NCBI GenBank assembly: GCA_963817465.1
Contig: CAWFOP010000003.1
Location: 9,286 to 73,285 of the forward strand
Direction: 5' to 3'
Source of the DNA: an uncultured Acidobacteriota bacterium
GTDB taxonomy: Bacteria > Acidobacteriota > Terriglobia > Bryobacterales > UBA6623
Length of the DNA: 64,000 nucleotides
Under the pieces are notes generated by a model. That model did not search any database. It was not told the DNA's origin and saw only the letters and a program-made list of their open reading frames with translations. Positions 1 through 9,121 of the stretch are shown here, one piece after another (position 1 is the first letter of the stretch; each line of letters starts with the position of its first letter). The position numbers were made by a program, and so were the translations under genes.

Positions 1-358
1 ACGGCCGGAAGACGAGCAACATCACGCCCGCCGAAAAGTTCGAGAGCGAATTCTGGAACGCCAGCCCGATCGCAAACCCCGCGGCGGCCAGCACAGCGGC
101 GAAGCTTGTGACGTCGACGCCGAACACGCCCAGGCAAGACAGCAGCGCCAAGATGAGGACGACGTAGCGAGCGACGTTCGCGAAGAACTTCGTGAGGGTG
201 AGGTCGAATTTCGCGCGCTCCAAACTGCGCCGCGCGACTCCCCGCACCCAGTTCGCGAAGATCCATGCGATAAACAGCAGCGCCAGGGCGCCGATCACTC
301 TCACGGCGTACTGCGTGGCAAGAGCGACATTTCCTTCCGTCAAGTATTCAGACAACAT
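1..358 (-). CDS. mscS: Small-conductance mechanosensitive channel, 5' part (runs off window start)
   Basis: Manual translation from ATG 358 with GGAGGAG SD: ...FGVDVTSFAAVLAAAGFAIGLAFQNSLSNFSAGVMLLVFRP, the MscS TM2-TM3 signature. Confidence 0.9.
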   Translation of the reverse strand, partial: MLSEYLTEGNVALATQYAVRVIGALALLFIAWIFANWVRGVARRSLERAKFDLTLTKFFANVARYVVLILALLSCLGVFGVDVTSFAAVLAAAGFAIGLAFQNSLSNFSAGVMLLVFRP

Positions 359-461
359 TAAGCTTCTCCTCCAGAGACGAACAGTATAGAAACCGTTCGC
401 CTTGGAGGGCGCGCTCGAGACGTATCGTCAGCCCGACGGCGGATCGCCGGTACGTTTGAGC

Positions 462-884
462 TCAGCCGGCGCGTTGTTGCAGCAGGTCCCGAATCTCCGC
501 CAGCAATTGCTGATCCGGCGTGGGCGCGGGCGGGGCGGCGGGCTTCTGCGCTTCCTTCGTCATCAGCCTGTTGGTTTGCTTGACGACGATGAAAATCGCG
601 AACGCGACGATCAGGAAATCGATGATCGTCTGCACGAACATGCCGTAGTTCAGGGTCGGCGCTCCCGCTTCTTGCGCTTCGGCAAGGGTCGCGTACGCCG
701 CGGGACCGAGGTTCACGAACAGACTGGTGAAGTCCACGTTGCCAAGCAGCAGTCCCAAGGGGGGCATGAGAATGTCGTTGACGAACGAACTGACGATCTT
801 GCCGAAGGCGGCGCCGATGATGATGCCCACGGCCATGTCGACGACATTGCCGCGCATTACGAATTTTTTGAATTCCTCGAACAT
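462..884 (-). CDS. mscL: Large-conductance mechanosensitive channel
   Basis: [33 protein letters not shown]...LLAEIRDLL; start placed at ATG 884. Confidence 0.97.
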   Translation of the reverse strand: MFEEFKKFVMRGNVVDMAVGIIIGAAFGKIVSSFVNDILMPPLGLLLGNVDFTSLFVNLGPAAYATLAEAQEAGAPTLNYGMFVQTIIDFLIVAFAIFIVVKQTNRLMTKEAQKPAAPPAPTPDQQLLAEIRDLLQQRAG

Positions 885-1077
885 TGCGTTAGTTCTCCCA
901 GATACCGGACGGGCGTCGGAGCCCGCCAAAATCAGGACGCCAGCGTAGCATGAAGGGTTCTTCGGCGAAGCATCCGATTGCGAGCCGAGCGGCGCCTGCG
1001 ATTGCTGTCGAATCCGAGGGAGGAGGTCCCCGCCGCACTGCGTTTAGTTGGGAACAGGGGGTTGATAATAGAGAGAC

Positions 1078-2091
1078 ATGAGGTTATTCGTCACCGGCGG
1101 GGCCGGATTCATCGGTTCGGCCTTTGTCCGCTTGGCGCTAGCCGGCGAGGCGGACGTCGAGATACTCAATTTCGACGCCCTCACATACGCCGGCAACCTC
1201 GAAAATCTTCAAGCCGTTGCGGACGATCCGCGTTACGAGTTGGTTCATGAGGATTTGTGCAACGCCGCAGCCGTCTCGCGAGCGGTCGAGCGGTTCGCTC
1301 CTGACGCGATCGTGCACTTCGCGGCCGAATCCCATGTCGACCGCAGCATCCTCTCGCCGAAGCCGGTCGTCGAGACCAACTTTCTCGGCACGTTCCACCT
1401 GCTCGAGGCGGCCCGAGCCCATTCGATCAAGCGCTTCGTCCACGTCTCGACCGACGAGGTCTACGGCAGCATCGAGCCTCCGCACGACGCCGACGAGACA
1501 TGGCCGCTAAAGGCTTCGAGCCCCTACTCGGCCTCGAAGGCCGCTTCCGACCTGCTGGCGCTGTCGTACTTCACGACCTACAAGCTGCCGGTCGTCGTGA
1601 CGCGCGCCTCGAACAACTACGGACCCTATCAGTTCCCCGAGAAGCTGATTCCGCTGATGATCTCGAACGCGCTCGAGGATAAGTCCTTGCCCGTCTACGG
1701 CGACGGCATGCAAGTGCGCGATTGGCTCTACGTCGACGATCACTGCCGCGCCATCCGCGCCGTGCTGGAGAAGGGCGAGCCGGGCGAGATCTACAACATC
1801 GGGGGCTCGCGCGATCTGCCCAACATCGAGGTCGTCACGAAAATTCTCGCCGCCGCGGGCAAGCCCGAGAGCTTGATCGAATACGTCAAGGACCGGCCCG
1901 GCCACGATCGCCGCTACGCGATCACGTCCGACAAGGTGATGACGCAAACCGGCTGGCGCCCCGCGATGGACTTCGAGGAAGGCCTGGCGCAAACGGTGGC
2001 CTGGTACCGCGCGAATCCGGGCTGGGTCGAGCGGGTCCGCAGCGGCGAATACCGCGAATACTACGAGCGCAACTACGGCGCGCGGGTCTAG
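1078..2091 (+). CDS. rfbB: dTDP-glucose 4,6-dehydratase
   Basis: GGAGFIG, AAESHVDRS, STDEVYG, YSASK, DRPGHDRRY motifs. Confidence 0.97.
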   Translation: MRLFVTGGAGFIGSAFVRLALAGEADVEILNFDALTYAGNLENLQAVADDPRYELVHEDLCNAAAVSRAVERFAPDAIVHFAAESHVDRSILSPKPVVETNFLGTFHLLEAARAHSIKRFVHVSTDEVYGSIEPPHDADETWPLKASSPYSASKAASDLLALSYFTTYKLPVVVTRASNNYGPYQFPEKLIPLMISNALEDKSLPVYGDGMQVRDWLYVDDHCRAIRAVLEKGEPGEIYNIGGSRDLPNIEVVTKILAAAGKPESLIEYVKDRPGHDRRYAITSDKVMTQTGWRPAMDFEEGLAQTVAWYRANPGWVERVRSGEYREYYERNYGARV

Positions 2092-2133
2092 AGGGGACTC
2101 GCGGCGCGGCGCTCCGGAGGACGCCGCCGTCGA

Positions 2134-2163
2134 TTGACAAGCGCCTCGGAGCACAAGTACATT
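2134..2163 (+). promoter_or_regulatory. sigma70-type promoter of the tRNA pair
   Basis: TTGACA (2134-2139), 18-nt spacer, TACATT (2158-2163), 13 nt before tRNA-Gly. Confidence 0.7.
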
Positions 2164-2176
2164 TGAGGGTTAGAGC

Positions 2177-2252
2177 GCGGGAGTAGCTCAGTTGGTAGAG
2201 CGCGACCTTGCCAAGGTCGAAGTCGCGGGTTCGAGTCCCGTCTCCCGCTCCA
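2177..2252 (+). tRNA. tRNA-Gly(GCC)
   Basis: GCGGGAGTAGCTCAGTTGGTAGAGC; anticodon arm CGACC-TTGCCAA-GGTCG; GGTTCGAGTCC; encoded CCA. Confidence 0.98.
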
Positions 2253-2340
2253 TCGATTTCGTGAAAACAAGACGGCCCCGCGGGCGCTCCCCCTGGGGCC
2301 GTTCTCACGTCCGACGGATGACATTTGCGCATCCGCCTGA

Positions 2341-2414
2341 GGCGCGGTGGCCGAGTGGCTAGGCAGAGGTCTGCAAAACCTCGTACACCGGTTCGACTCC
2401 GGTCCGCGCCTCCA
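2341..2414 (+). tRNA. tRNA-Cys(GCA)
   Basis: GGCGCGG/CCGCGCC acceptor stem; anticodon arm GAGGT-CTGCAAA-ACCTC; GGTTCGACTCC; encoded CCA. Confidence 0.97.
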
Positions 2415-2597
2415 ATACTTACACTCCTCAAGAGTTCGCTACGTTGCTGAATTTGCTGGACTTATATTCAGGCGGCAGGGGCATCCCCGGCGGCGCTGGT
2501 TGGGCGTTTCGGCGCCGGAACAGCCTGGGGTTTACCCCGAATTACACCAGCCTCGTAGGACGGCGTGGACAAGCGAGCTGCCCGCGTCCGCGATTGA

Positions 2598-2879
2598 CTA
2601 CTCCCATGCGAGATAGTCGTAGCTCACCAAGTCCTGGGCTTGGCCTCGGCGCGTCAGCAGCGCCACGCAACAATCATAGGCGCGCCTGCTGGCCTCTCGA
2701 GCCTCGCCGCCGCCCATGTGAGACCGCGAGCCGACGACCAGCCTTCCGCCTTCGTCCAGCAGCCAACACCCCCACGCGCCGGTCCGGCCTCGAGGAGCGT
2801 CCCGCGACTTCGCGTTTGCTGCGGCAACGGCGAGATGAGCCAGATACAGCGTGTGCCTTTCTGTAAGTCTTGCTCTCAT
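2598..2879 (-). CDS. Orphan hypothetical protein (93 aa)
   Basis: ATG 2879 preceded by AAAGGAGGACGACCCA; open frame MRARLTERHTLYLAHL...YDYLAWE; no recognised domain. Confidence 0.5.
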   Translation of the reverse strand: MRARLTERHTLYLAHLAVAAANAKSRDAPRGRTGAWGCWLLDEGGRLVVGSRSHMGGGEAREASRRAYDCCVALLTRRGQAQDLVSYDYLAWE

Positions 2880-2959
2880 TGGGTCGTCCTCCTTTGGCCT
2901 AGGCCACTGTTGTTTGCTGTTCGGCGCCGAGTCGGCGGCGAGCGCCGCACTCGTCAATG

Positions 2960-3178
2960 GTCACGTTAAAAAATCAGCGTGAGGCAGGAGCGATCGGGCT
3001 TGCCAAACGGACAAGCGATCGTCGCGGGAGATGCTCGTGGAAGGGTGTATCCGGCGGCGCATGCCGGCGAGGCGGTTTGGCGGCGGGCCGGGGAGTTCCG
3101 TTGAGGTCGCCCGTGTCCAGGTTGGGCGGAAAGACCTGCTTGACCACGATGTAAGCGGCCGGCGAGCGGGTGTTCCAT
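2960..3178 (-). pseudogene. Small orphan gene, probably frameshifted
   Basis: ATG 3178 with AAGGAGGACGCCC SD; after about 5 codons the more coding-like frame is +1 (PAAYIVVKQVFPPNLDTGDLNG...). Confidence 0.3.
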
Positions 3179-3340
3179 GGGCGTCCTCCTTATTGGGATG
3201 CGTGCTTTGTGTCGGATCTGTGAAAAATCGTACGTCAGAAGTTTACGCCTCAATCCGCGCGAACACAAGCTGAAGCGCCGCGAGGCCATCCCACGCCGAT
3301 CGGCTGCGGCGTCGGCCGCTCCGCGCCGCTTGCGCGCCGT

Positions 3341-3367
3341 GATACAGGCGGGAGCGCCTGTATCCAC
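3341..3367 (-). repeat. GTGG-headed REP-like palindrome abutting the dnaE2 stop
   Basis: Minus strand GTGG-ATACAGGCG-CTCC-CGCCTGTAT, perfect stem. Confidence 0.65.
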
Positions 3368-6300
3368 TCAGTGAAAATCATGCGAGATCCCCCGCAGCGA
3401 CATCTCTCTGACCGGCTGCAGCCAATCCGTCTTGATTGAAATCGTTCCATCGAACTTCTGCAAAAAACCTTCCGCGACTAAGAACGACTCGTTCATCACC
3501 GCGGCGCGATTGTCCTGAAACACCTGCGGCGTCAGGATCAAGTTCGAGACGCCCGTCTCATCCTCGAGCGTGATGAAGCAGAACCCCTTCGCCGTCCCGG
3601 GCCGCTGCCGCGTAATCACGGCTCCGGCCACGCAGATCCGCATCCCGTTGGGATATTTCTCGAGGTCCCGCGCAACCACCGCCCCGTACGCGCTCACCGC
3701 CTCGCGCAAGTAGTGCATCGGGTGCGGCCCGGTCGTCATCCCCGAGCCGCGATAGTCCGCGTCGAGCCGCTCCATCGGCGTCATCGGGGCTAGCGGCCCC
3801 ACCTCAGGCAATTCGGAATCCTGACTCTCAAACAGCGGACCCTGCGGCCGGTAAGCCTTCTCGATCTGCCAAAGCGCCTCGCGCCGATGCAGCCCCGGCC
3901 GCAGCGAATTGAGCGCCCCCAACTCCGCCAACGTATCGAGCTCGTTCTTGTTCAGCCGGGTTCGATGGACGAAGTCCTCCACCGACCGAAACCGCCCGCG
4001 CCGCAGCCTCTCCGACGCAACTTTCTCCGCCGCCTCCGCTCGCAATGAAGTCACATACGCCAACCCCAACCGCACGGCGGCAGCGGCGCTTGTCCCTTGT
4101 CCCTTATCCCTTGTCCCTTCTACAAAGCACTTCACCCCCGACTCATTTACGTCGATCGGCAAGACCTTCACGCCGTGCCGCTGCACGTCTTTCACCAGCA
4201 CCGCCGGCGAATAAAATCCCATCGGCTGGCAGTTCAAAAGCGCCGTCACGAACTCGGCGGGAAAGTGCGCCTTCAAGTAAGAGCTGGCATAGGCGATCAA
4301 AGCGAAGCTCGCCGCATGCGACTCCGGGAACCCGTAAAGCGCGAAGGAGGTGATCGAGCGAATGATCTCCTCCGCCGCGGCGCCGGTAATGCCGTTGTTC
4401 GCCAAGCCGTCGTAGAGCTTGCGCTCGATGCCGCCCATGCGCTCGATCGAACGTTTGAAGCCCATCGCCCGCCGCAGCTCTTCCGCCTCGCCGCCCGTGA
4501 ACCCCGCCGCCACCATCGCCACGCGGATCAACTGTTCCTGGAACAGCGGCACCCCCAGCGTCCGCTTCAGCACCGGCTCCAGCGACGGATGCGCGTAGCG
4601 CACCTCTTCCCTGCCCTGCCGCCGCGCCAAATACGGATGCACCATATTGCCCGTGATCGGCCCCGGCCGGATGATCGCCACCTCGACCACCAGGTCGTAG
4701 AAATGCTCGGGCCGCATGCGCGGCAGCGTCGCCATCTGCGCCCGACTCTCGATCTGAAATACGCCGACCGTATCGGCTTTTCGGATCATTTTGTATGTTT
4801 TGTCGTCATCCGGCGGAATCGTCGCCAAGTCGAACGCGCCGCCCCGCGAGCGAATGATCGCCTGGCACTCCTCGAGCGCCGCCATCATCCCCAGCCCCAG
4901 CAGGTCGACCTTGATGATGCCCAGGTCGGCGCAGTCCTCCTTGTCCCACTGCACCACCACGCGCCCCGGCATACGCGCGTTCTCGAGCGGCACCGCCTCG
5001 TCGAGCGAGCCATGGCAGATCACCATGCCGCCCGAGTGCTGCCCCAGATGGCGCGGCAGCCCCTGCATCTCGAGACACAGCCGCAGCAGATGTCCCACGC
5101 GCGGATGATCGATGTCGAACCCGGCGGTCTTCACCTGGTTGAGCAGCTTGTCGTGGTCGTCGGTGTACTCGAACCCCGAGATGCACTTCGACAGCCGCCC
5201 GATCATCTCCTCCGGAAAGCCCAACACCTTGCCGACTTCCCGCGACGCCATCTTGCCGCGGTACGTAATCACGTTCGCCGTCATGCCCGCGCCGCGCGAG
5301 CCGTAGCGCTCGTATACGTGCTGGATGACGCGTTCGCGCTGATCGCCCGACGGCAAATCGATGTCGATGTCCGGCCACTCGCCGCGCTCCTCCGACAAGA
5401 AGCGCTCGAACAGCAGCTCCATCCCCACCGGATCGACCGCCGTAATGCCCAGCGCGTAGCAGACCGCCGAATTCGCCGCCGACCCGCGCCCCTGGCACAT
5501 GATCCCCTCGCGCCGGCAAAACTCGACGATGTCCCAAACGATCAGGAAATAGCCCTCGAGCGCCAGCCGCGCGATCACGCGCAACTCGTGCTCGAGCTGC
5601 CGCCAGGCGCGCTCGCGATGCGGCGAGCCGCGATAGCGCTCCGCCGCCCTCGAGAACGTCATCTTGCGCAGAAACGACGTCGGCGTCTCCCCGTGCGGCA
5701 GCGGATACTTGGGGAACTCGTACCCGAGATTCTCGAGCGTGAAGTCAAGCCGCTGCGCCAACTCGTTCGCATTGCCGACCGCATCGGGCAGATCCGCGAA
5801 CAGGCGCTCCATCGCGCGCGGCGGCTTGATAAAACGTTCGGCGTTGGCGTCGAGCAGCCGGCCCACTTCGTCGAGCTTCTTCTTGAAGCGCAAGCAAGTG
5901 AAGACGTCGAAAAGCCGGCGTCGCTGCTCGGTCGCATAGCGCACGCCGTTGGTCGCGAGCAGCGGCAGCCGATGCCGCCGCGCCAGCTCGACGCGCGCGG
6001 CATTGTCGCGCTCCTGCTCGCGCAACAGATGCCGCTGCACTTCGACATAGCTGTTGCGCGCGCCAAAGATCCCGCGCACCGCGTCCTCGTCGCGCAAGTC
6101 GCCCAACAGCGCAACCAATCCCGATGAAAACTCGTCGATGTCGTCCCACGTTGCGCGCCCCTCGCCCTTCGGCGCGCGCGTGTTCATGCGGGTCAGCAGG
6201 CGGCAAAGATTGCGATACCCGCGGCGATTCTCGACCAGCAGAGTCAGTCGCCTGTCGAGCACGGAATTCGGCGTGCCTTTTTTGATTCCCGGCTGCTCGA

Positions 6301-6505
6301 GCGAAACCTCGCAGCCCACCAGCGGCTTGACGCCGGTCTTGCGCGCCGCCGTAAAAAACCGCGGCGCTCCCGAAAGCGAATCCCGATCGCAAAGCGCCAG
6401 CGCGCGATGATCCAACCGCGCCGCCTCGCGAACCAGATCCTCCGGGTCCGAAGCCCCCTCCAAAAAGCTAAACCCGGAAGCGCTATGCAATTCGGAATAC
6501 ATCAC
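3368..6505 (-). CDS. dnaE2: Error-prone DNA polymerase DnaE2 (ImuC)
   Basis: PHP N-terminus ELHSASGFSFLEGAS, GRGSAANS, PDIDID, KVDLLGLG, GFPESHA and C-terminal SHDFH typical of DnaE2; lies downstream of imuA/imuB. Confidence 0.97.
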   Translation of the reverse strand: MMYSELHSASGFSFLEGASDPEDLVREAARLDHRALALCDRDSLSGAPRFFTAARKTGVKPLVGCEVSLEQPGIKKGTPNSVLDRRLTLLVENRRGYRNLCRLLTRMNTRAPKGEGRATWDDIDEFSSGLVALLGDLRDEDAVRGIFGARNSYVEVQRHLLREQERDNAARVELARRHRLPLLATNGVRYATEQRRRLFDVFTCLRFKKKLDEVGRLLDANAERFIKPPRAMERLFADLPDAVGNANELAQRLDFTLENLGYEFPKYPLPHGETPTSFLRKMTFSRAAERYRGSPHRERAWRQLEHELRVIARLALEGYFLIVWDIVEFCRREGIMCQGRGSAANSAVCYALGITAVDPVGMELLFERFLSEERGEWPDIDIDLPSGDQRERVIQHVYERYGSRGAGMTANVITYRGKMASREVGKVLGFPEEMIGRLSKCISGFEYTDDHDKLLNQVKTAGFDIDHPRVGHLLRLCLEMQGLPRHLGQHSGGMVICHGSLDEAVPLENARMPGRVVVQWDKEDCADLGIIKVDLLGLGMMAALEECQAIIRSRGGAFDLATIPPDDDKTYKMIRKADTVGVFQIESRAQMATLPRMRPEHFYDLVVEVAIIRPGPITGNMVHPYLARRQGREEVRYAHPSLEPVLKRTLGVPLFQEQLIRVAMVAAGFTGGEAEELRRAMGFKRSIERMGGIERKLYDGLANNGITGAAAEEIIRSITSFALYGFPESHAASFALIAYASSYLKAHFPAEFVTALLNCQPMGFYSPAVLVKDVQRHGVKVLPIDVNESGVKCFVEGTRDKGQGTSAAAAVRLGLAYVTSLRAEAAEKVASERLRRGRFRSVEDFVHRTRLNKNELDTLAELGALNSLRPGLHRREALWQIEKAYRPQGPLFESQDSELPEVGPLAPMTPMERLDADYRGSGMTTGPHPMHYLREAVSAYGAVVARDLEKYPNGMRICVAGAVITRQRPGTAKGFCFITLEDETGVSNLILTPQVFQDNRAAVMNESFLVAEGFLQKFDGTISIKTDWLQPVREMSLRGISHDFH
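4090..4117. repeat. Heptamer tandem repeat (TTRTCCC)x4 inside dnaE2
   Basis: ttgtccc ttgtccc ttatccc ttgtccc, encoding GTRDKGQGT. Confidence 0.85.
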
Positions 6506-6507
6506 AA

Positions 6508-6533
6508 GTAGTGACGGGCGCTCTCGCCTGTCA
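6508..6533 (+). repeat. GTAG-headed REP-like palindrome abutting the dnaE2 start
   Basis: GTAG-TGACGGGCG-CTCT-CGCCTGTCA; same family as 3341-3367, opposite orientation. Confidence 0.65.
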
Positions 6534-6642
6534 TGCGGCCCTCAGGGCCGATTTCCGCTCAACGGCGCGGAAGGCCGGACGCACCCTCACGGGCGCGGCT
6601 CTGTGGATCGAACTGTCTGGGCTCGAAAGTGCGCAACCGGCC

Positions 6643-8127
6643 CTAGTCGTACATCCCCGTCACAAACCATTCCTTCGTGCGCTTCTCGCAGCAAGTCCGA
6701 TACAGCCTGCCCTCGACCTCCACGTCCCACTCTTCGTACTGCCAGCCGTCGTCGGTCCACCACTCCCCTGAAACCCGCCAAGGCCCGCCGCGCTTCGCCA
6801 CCGCCCCTGCAAAGCAAGCGGTCTCGACAAAAGCCGGCCCGCCGCCCGCCCGCACTTCGACCTTCGCCGACCAAGGCGGCCGCAAGCACCGAAAAATCAA
6901 CCGCCCACGCGAAGGACAAGGCTCGACAACCTTGTCCTTACGAATCACCGGCGCAAACGCGCCCACCGCGCTCGCCCCCGGCCGATACGTATCCGGCGCC
7001 AGCGGCGCGCCGATCCTCCCCTCGCCCATCAAATTCGTCAGCCGCGCCAGCGTCACCGCCAGCTTCTCCGGCCCCGGCACATCGGGCGCGAACAGCGAAA
7101 ACTGCAGCATGCGCCGCTCGGTCGGCAGCGCCGCCACGCGCACCCCTTCCACCGCGTCGCCCGGCGGATGCGCCGCCAAGTCCAGCCGCACCAGCGTCAG
7201 CAGCGTTCGCGGGTCCGTGAGCGGATACGCCAGCTCCAGCGTCCGCTCGAACACCCCGCCCTGCGCCAGCTTCAGCGTCGTCCGCAGCTTCGCCGCCGCC
7301 AAGTTGCGCCCCTGCAGCTTGATCGCCAGCTCATCGAGCATCCCCGACAGCACAAACGACAGCGGCTCGAGCTCGCCGATCTCCCAATCCAGCTCGCGCC
7401 GCTCCTCGAGCAGCGGCGGCGCCTGATAACTGTTCAGCGTCGACCGCAGCTCGCCGCGCGCCAGCCGCGCCAGCTCGGCGCCGCGCTCGCCGAACCGCTC
7501 GGTCAGATCGTTCTCGGGCAGCTCGGCCAACTCGCCCACCGTCCGCAGCCCCCAGCGCGCGAACGTCTCGTGTTCCTTCTGCTCGAGCGGCAGCACGTCC
7601 AGCGGCTGCACCTTTAAAAATCCGGCTTCCTGCCCCGGGTAGATATGCGTCACCCCCGGCTGCGTCCGCGCCGCGCAGAGCGCCGTGAAGCGGTTCCGCG
7701 ACACCGCCACGCGCGGCTCCAGACCCAGCTTCCTCGCCTGAAAAGCCAGCTCCTCGGCGGCTGCGTGCGGATCTTGCAGCCCGGTGAAGTCCAGCGTGAT
7801 CAGCCCCGGCGCCGAATCCTCGAAGCGCGGCGTCGCATTCTCGGCCAGCTCGAGCAGCAACTGCTGCGTCTTCTCTTCCGCCTCCTGATCGCGATCCTCC
7901 AGAGTCAGCCGCTCGGCGGCGCCGGAGTACCCGTACCGCGACCGCGCCTCCGCCAAAGGCATTCCCGCGCGCACGCCCCCGCGCCGCGCCCCTTCGTTCA
8001 ACCCGTAAACAAACTGATTCGGCGCCTCCCCCTCCAGCACCGCCAAAGGCGGCCGCCGCCGATCGCCGCGCTGCAAAACAGCGGCGGCGAAATCGGCGAC
8101 ACGGAGACATGCGAACAGCGGCGGCAT
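6643..8127 (-). CDS. imuB: ImuB, catalytically inactive Y-family polymerase
   Basis: Y-family-like N-terminus (GVRAGMPLAEA), beta-clamp-type motif QFSLF, C-terminal GPWRVSGEWW...WFVTGMYD; between imuA and dnaE2. Confidence 0.93.
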   Translation of the reverse strand: MPPLFACLRVADFAAAVLQRGDRRRPPLAVLEGEAPNQFVYGLNEGARRGGVRAGMPLAEARSRYGYSGAAERLTLEDRDQEAEEKTQQLLLELAENATPRFEDSAPGLITLDFTGLQDPHAAAEELAFQARKLGLEPRVAVSRNRFTALCAARTQPGVTHIYPGQEAGFLKVQPLDVLPLEQKEHETFARWGLRTVGELAELPENDLTERFGERGAELARLARGELRSTLNSYQAPPLLEERRELDWEIGELEPLSFVLSGMLDELAIKLQGRNLAAAKLRTTLKLAQGGVFERTLELAYPLTDPRTLLTLVRLDLAAHPPGDAVEGVRVAALPTERRMLQFSLFAPDVPGPEKLAVTLARLTNLMGEGRIGAPLAPDTYRPGASAVGAFAPVIRKDKVVEPCPSRGRLIFRCLRPPWSAKVEVRAGGGPAFVETACFAGAVAKRGGPWRVSGEWWTDDGWQYEEWDVEVEGRLYRTCCEKRTKEWFVTGMYD

Positions 8128-8220
8128 GGCAAATAGGCCTCAAATGCGATGGGTTTTTCAAAGCGTCGTGTTGGATTGAAATCGTGAAGCTGCGCAAGAC
8201 AAAAAGGTCAAGCTAGATCA

Positions 8221-8952
8221 TCAAGCCACCTCCCGCATCTGCTGCAGCGCGATCTCTCGCCCTTTGCTCTTGAGTAAACAGACGTCCGTCTCGACTCCCT
8301 CCAGCAACGCCAACACCTCTCCTCGCCATTTCGTCTCCCCTCGACTCAATTCCAAGCGCAGTCGCGCGGCGCTTCCGGCCACATGCGCCTCGGCCAGCAC
8401 CGCTAAGACCGTCCGCGTATTCTCGACCGCGTGCTTCAGCCGCACCCATTGCTTGAGTTGCCACTGGCGCAGCTTGCGCTTGTCCAAACCGCCCAGGTCG
8501 ATCGCGATCACCCCGAAGCCGCCCGCCGAGGCGACCAAATTCGCCGCCTGCCAGGCCTGATCGACTTCCTGCTCGCGCAAGGCGATCCGCTCATAGCGCG
8601 GGCGCTCGCGCGGATCGCAACGCACCCACAGCAAACGTTCGAGATCGATGCCCGCCTGCAGCGCCGAGCGCGGGTCCAGGCTGTCGGTCGCATCCACATA
8701 CGCCGCCGCCTCGCCCGCCGCGGTCGCCCGCGCCAATACTGAGAACAGCAGCCCCGTCCGGCCGGACGACTGCGGCCCCAGCACTTCGCTGATCGCCCCC
8801 CGCGGCAGCCCGCCGCCCAGCCGCGCGTCCAGGTCCGCCAAACCCGTCGGCGCCGGCGGATGGCGCGGCGTCTCGAGCTTCGGCAGCGCCCTGCCCAAAC
8901 CTTTCTCCCGCAGTAGACTTTCGAGCGCTTGGATGGAGGCGGAGGCGGCCAT
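8221..8952 (-). CDS. imuA: ImuA, RecA-like mutagenesis protein
   Basis: TGLADLDARLGGGLPRGAISEVLGPQSSGRT (degenerate Walker A), GIDLERLLWVR; start set at ATG 8952 after the promoter. Confidence 0.9.
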   Translation of the reverse strand: MAASASIQALESLLREKGLGRALPKLETPRHPPAPTGLADLDARLGGGLPRGAISEVLGPQSSGRTGLLFSVLARATAAGEAAAYVDATDSLDPRSALQAGIDLERLLWVRCDPRERPRYERIALREQEVDQAWQAANLVASAGGFGVIAIDLGGLDKRKLRQWQLKQWVRLKHAVENTRTVLAVLAEAHVAGSAARLRLELSRGETKWRGEVLALLEGVETDVCLLKSKGREIALQQMREVA

Positions 8953-8960
8953 GCCTCCGT

Positions 8961-8989
8961 AGTATATTCGCCTTTTGTTCGCCAATCAA
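8961..8989 (-). promoter_or_regulatory. imuA promoter with LexA-type SOS box in the spacer
   Basis: Minus strand TTGATT-17 nt-TATACT; plus strand ATTC-N7-GTTC (8966-8980) resembles the GTTC-N7-GTTC LexA direct repeat of Alphaproteobacteria and Acidobacterium. Confidence 0.75.
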
Positions 8990-9121
8990 GACGGCGCGGC
9001 CACCTACAACGCAATGCCCGCAAAATGTTCTAGAAGAGGACTTTTTGATGATTCTAAAGCCCTACCCCCTTGCGGCCGATACAATTTGGGGGCACAATTG
9101 TATCCCTAAGGGGTTGACCTT

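Noticed and set aside
2261-2308. ncRNA between the two tRNAs
   Set aside because: Only a single GC-rich hairpin (ACGGCCCC/GGGGCCGT), consistent with an ordinary spacer or processing structure.
2380-2414. Duplicated tRNA-Cys 3' end marking an island boundary
   Set aside because: No convincing second copy was found by eye in this window, and no integrase.
4097-6127. Long antisense ORFs (also 14555-15772, 22439-24052, 29884-31698, 35001-36602, 39068-41512, 51494-53284)
   Set aside because: Shadow frames of well-supported genes in high-GC DNA, with no motifs of their own.
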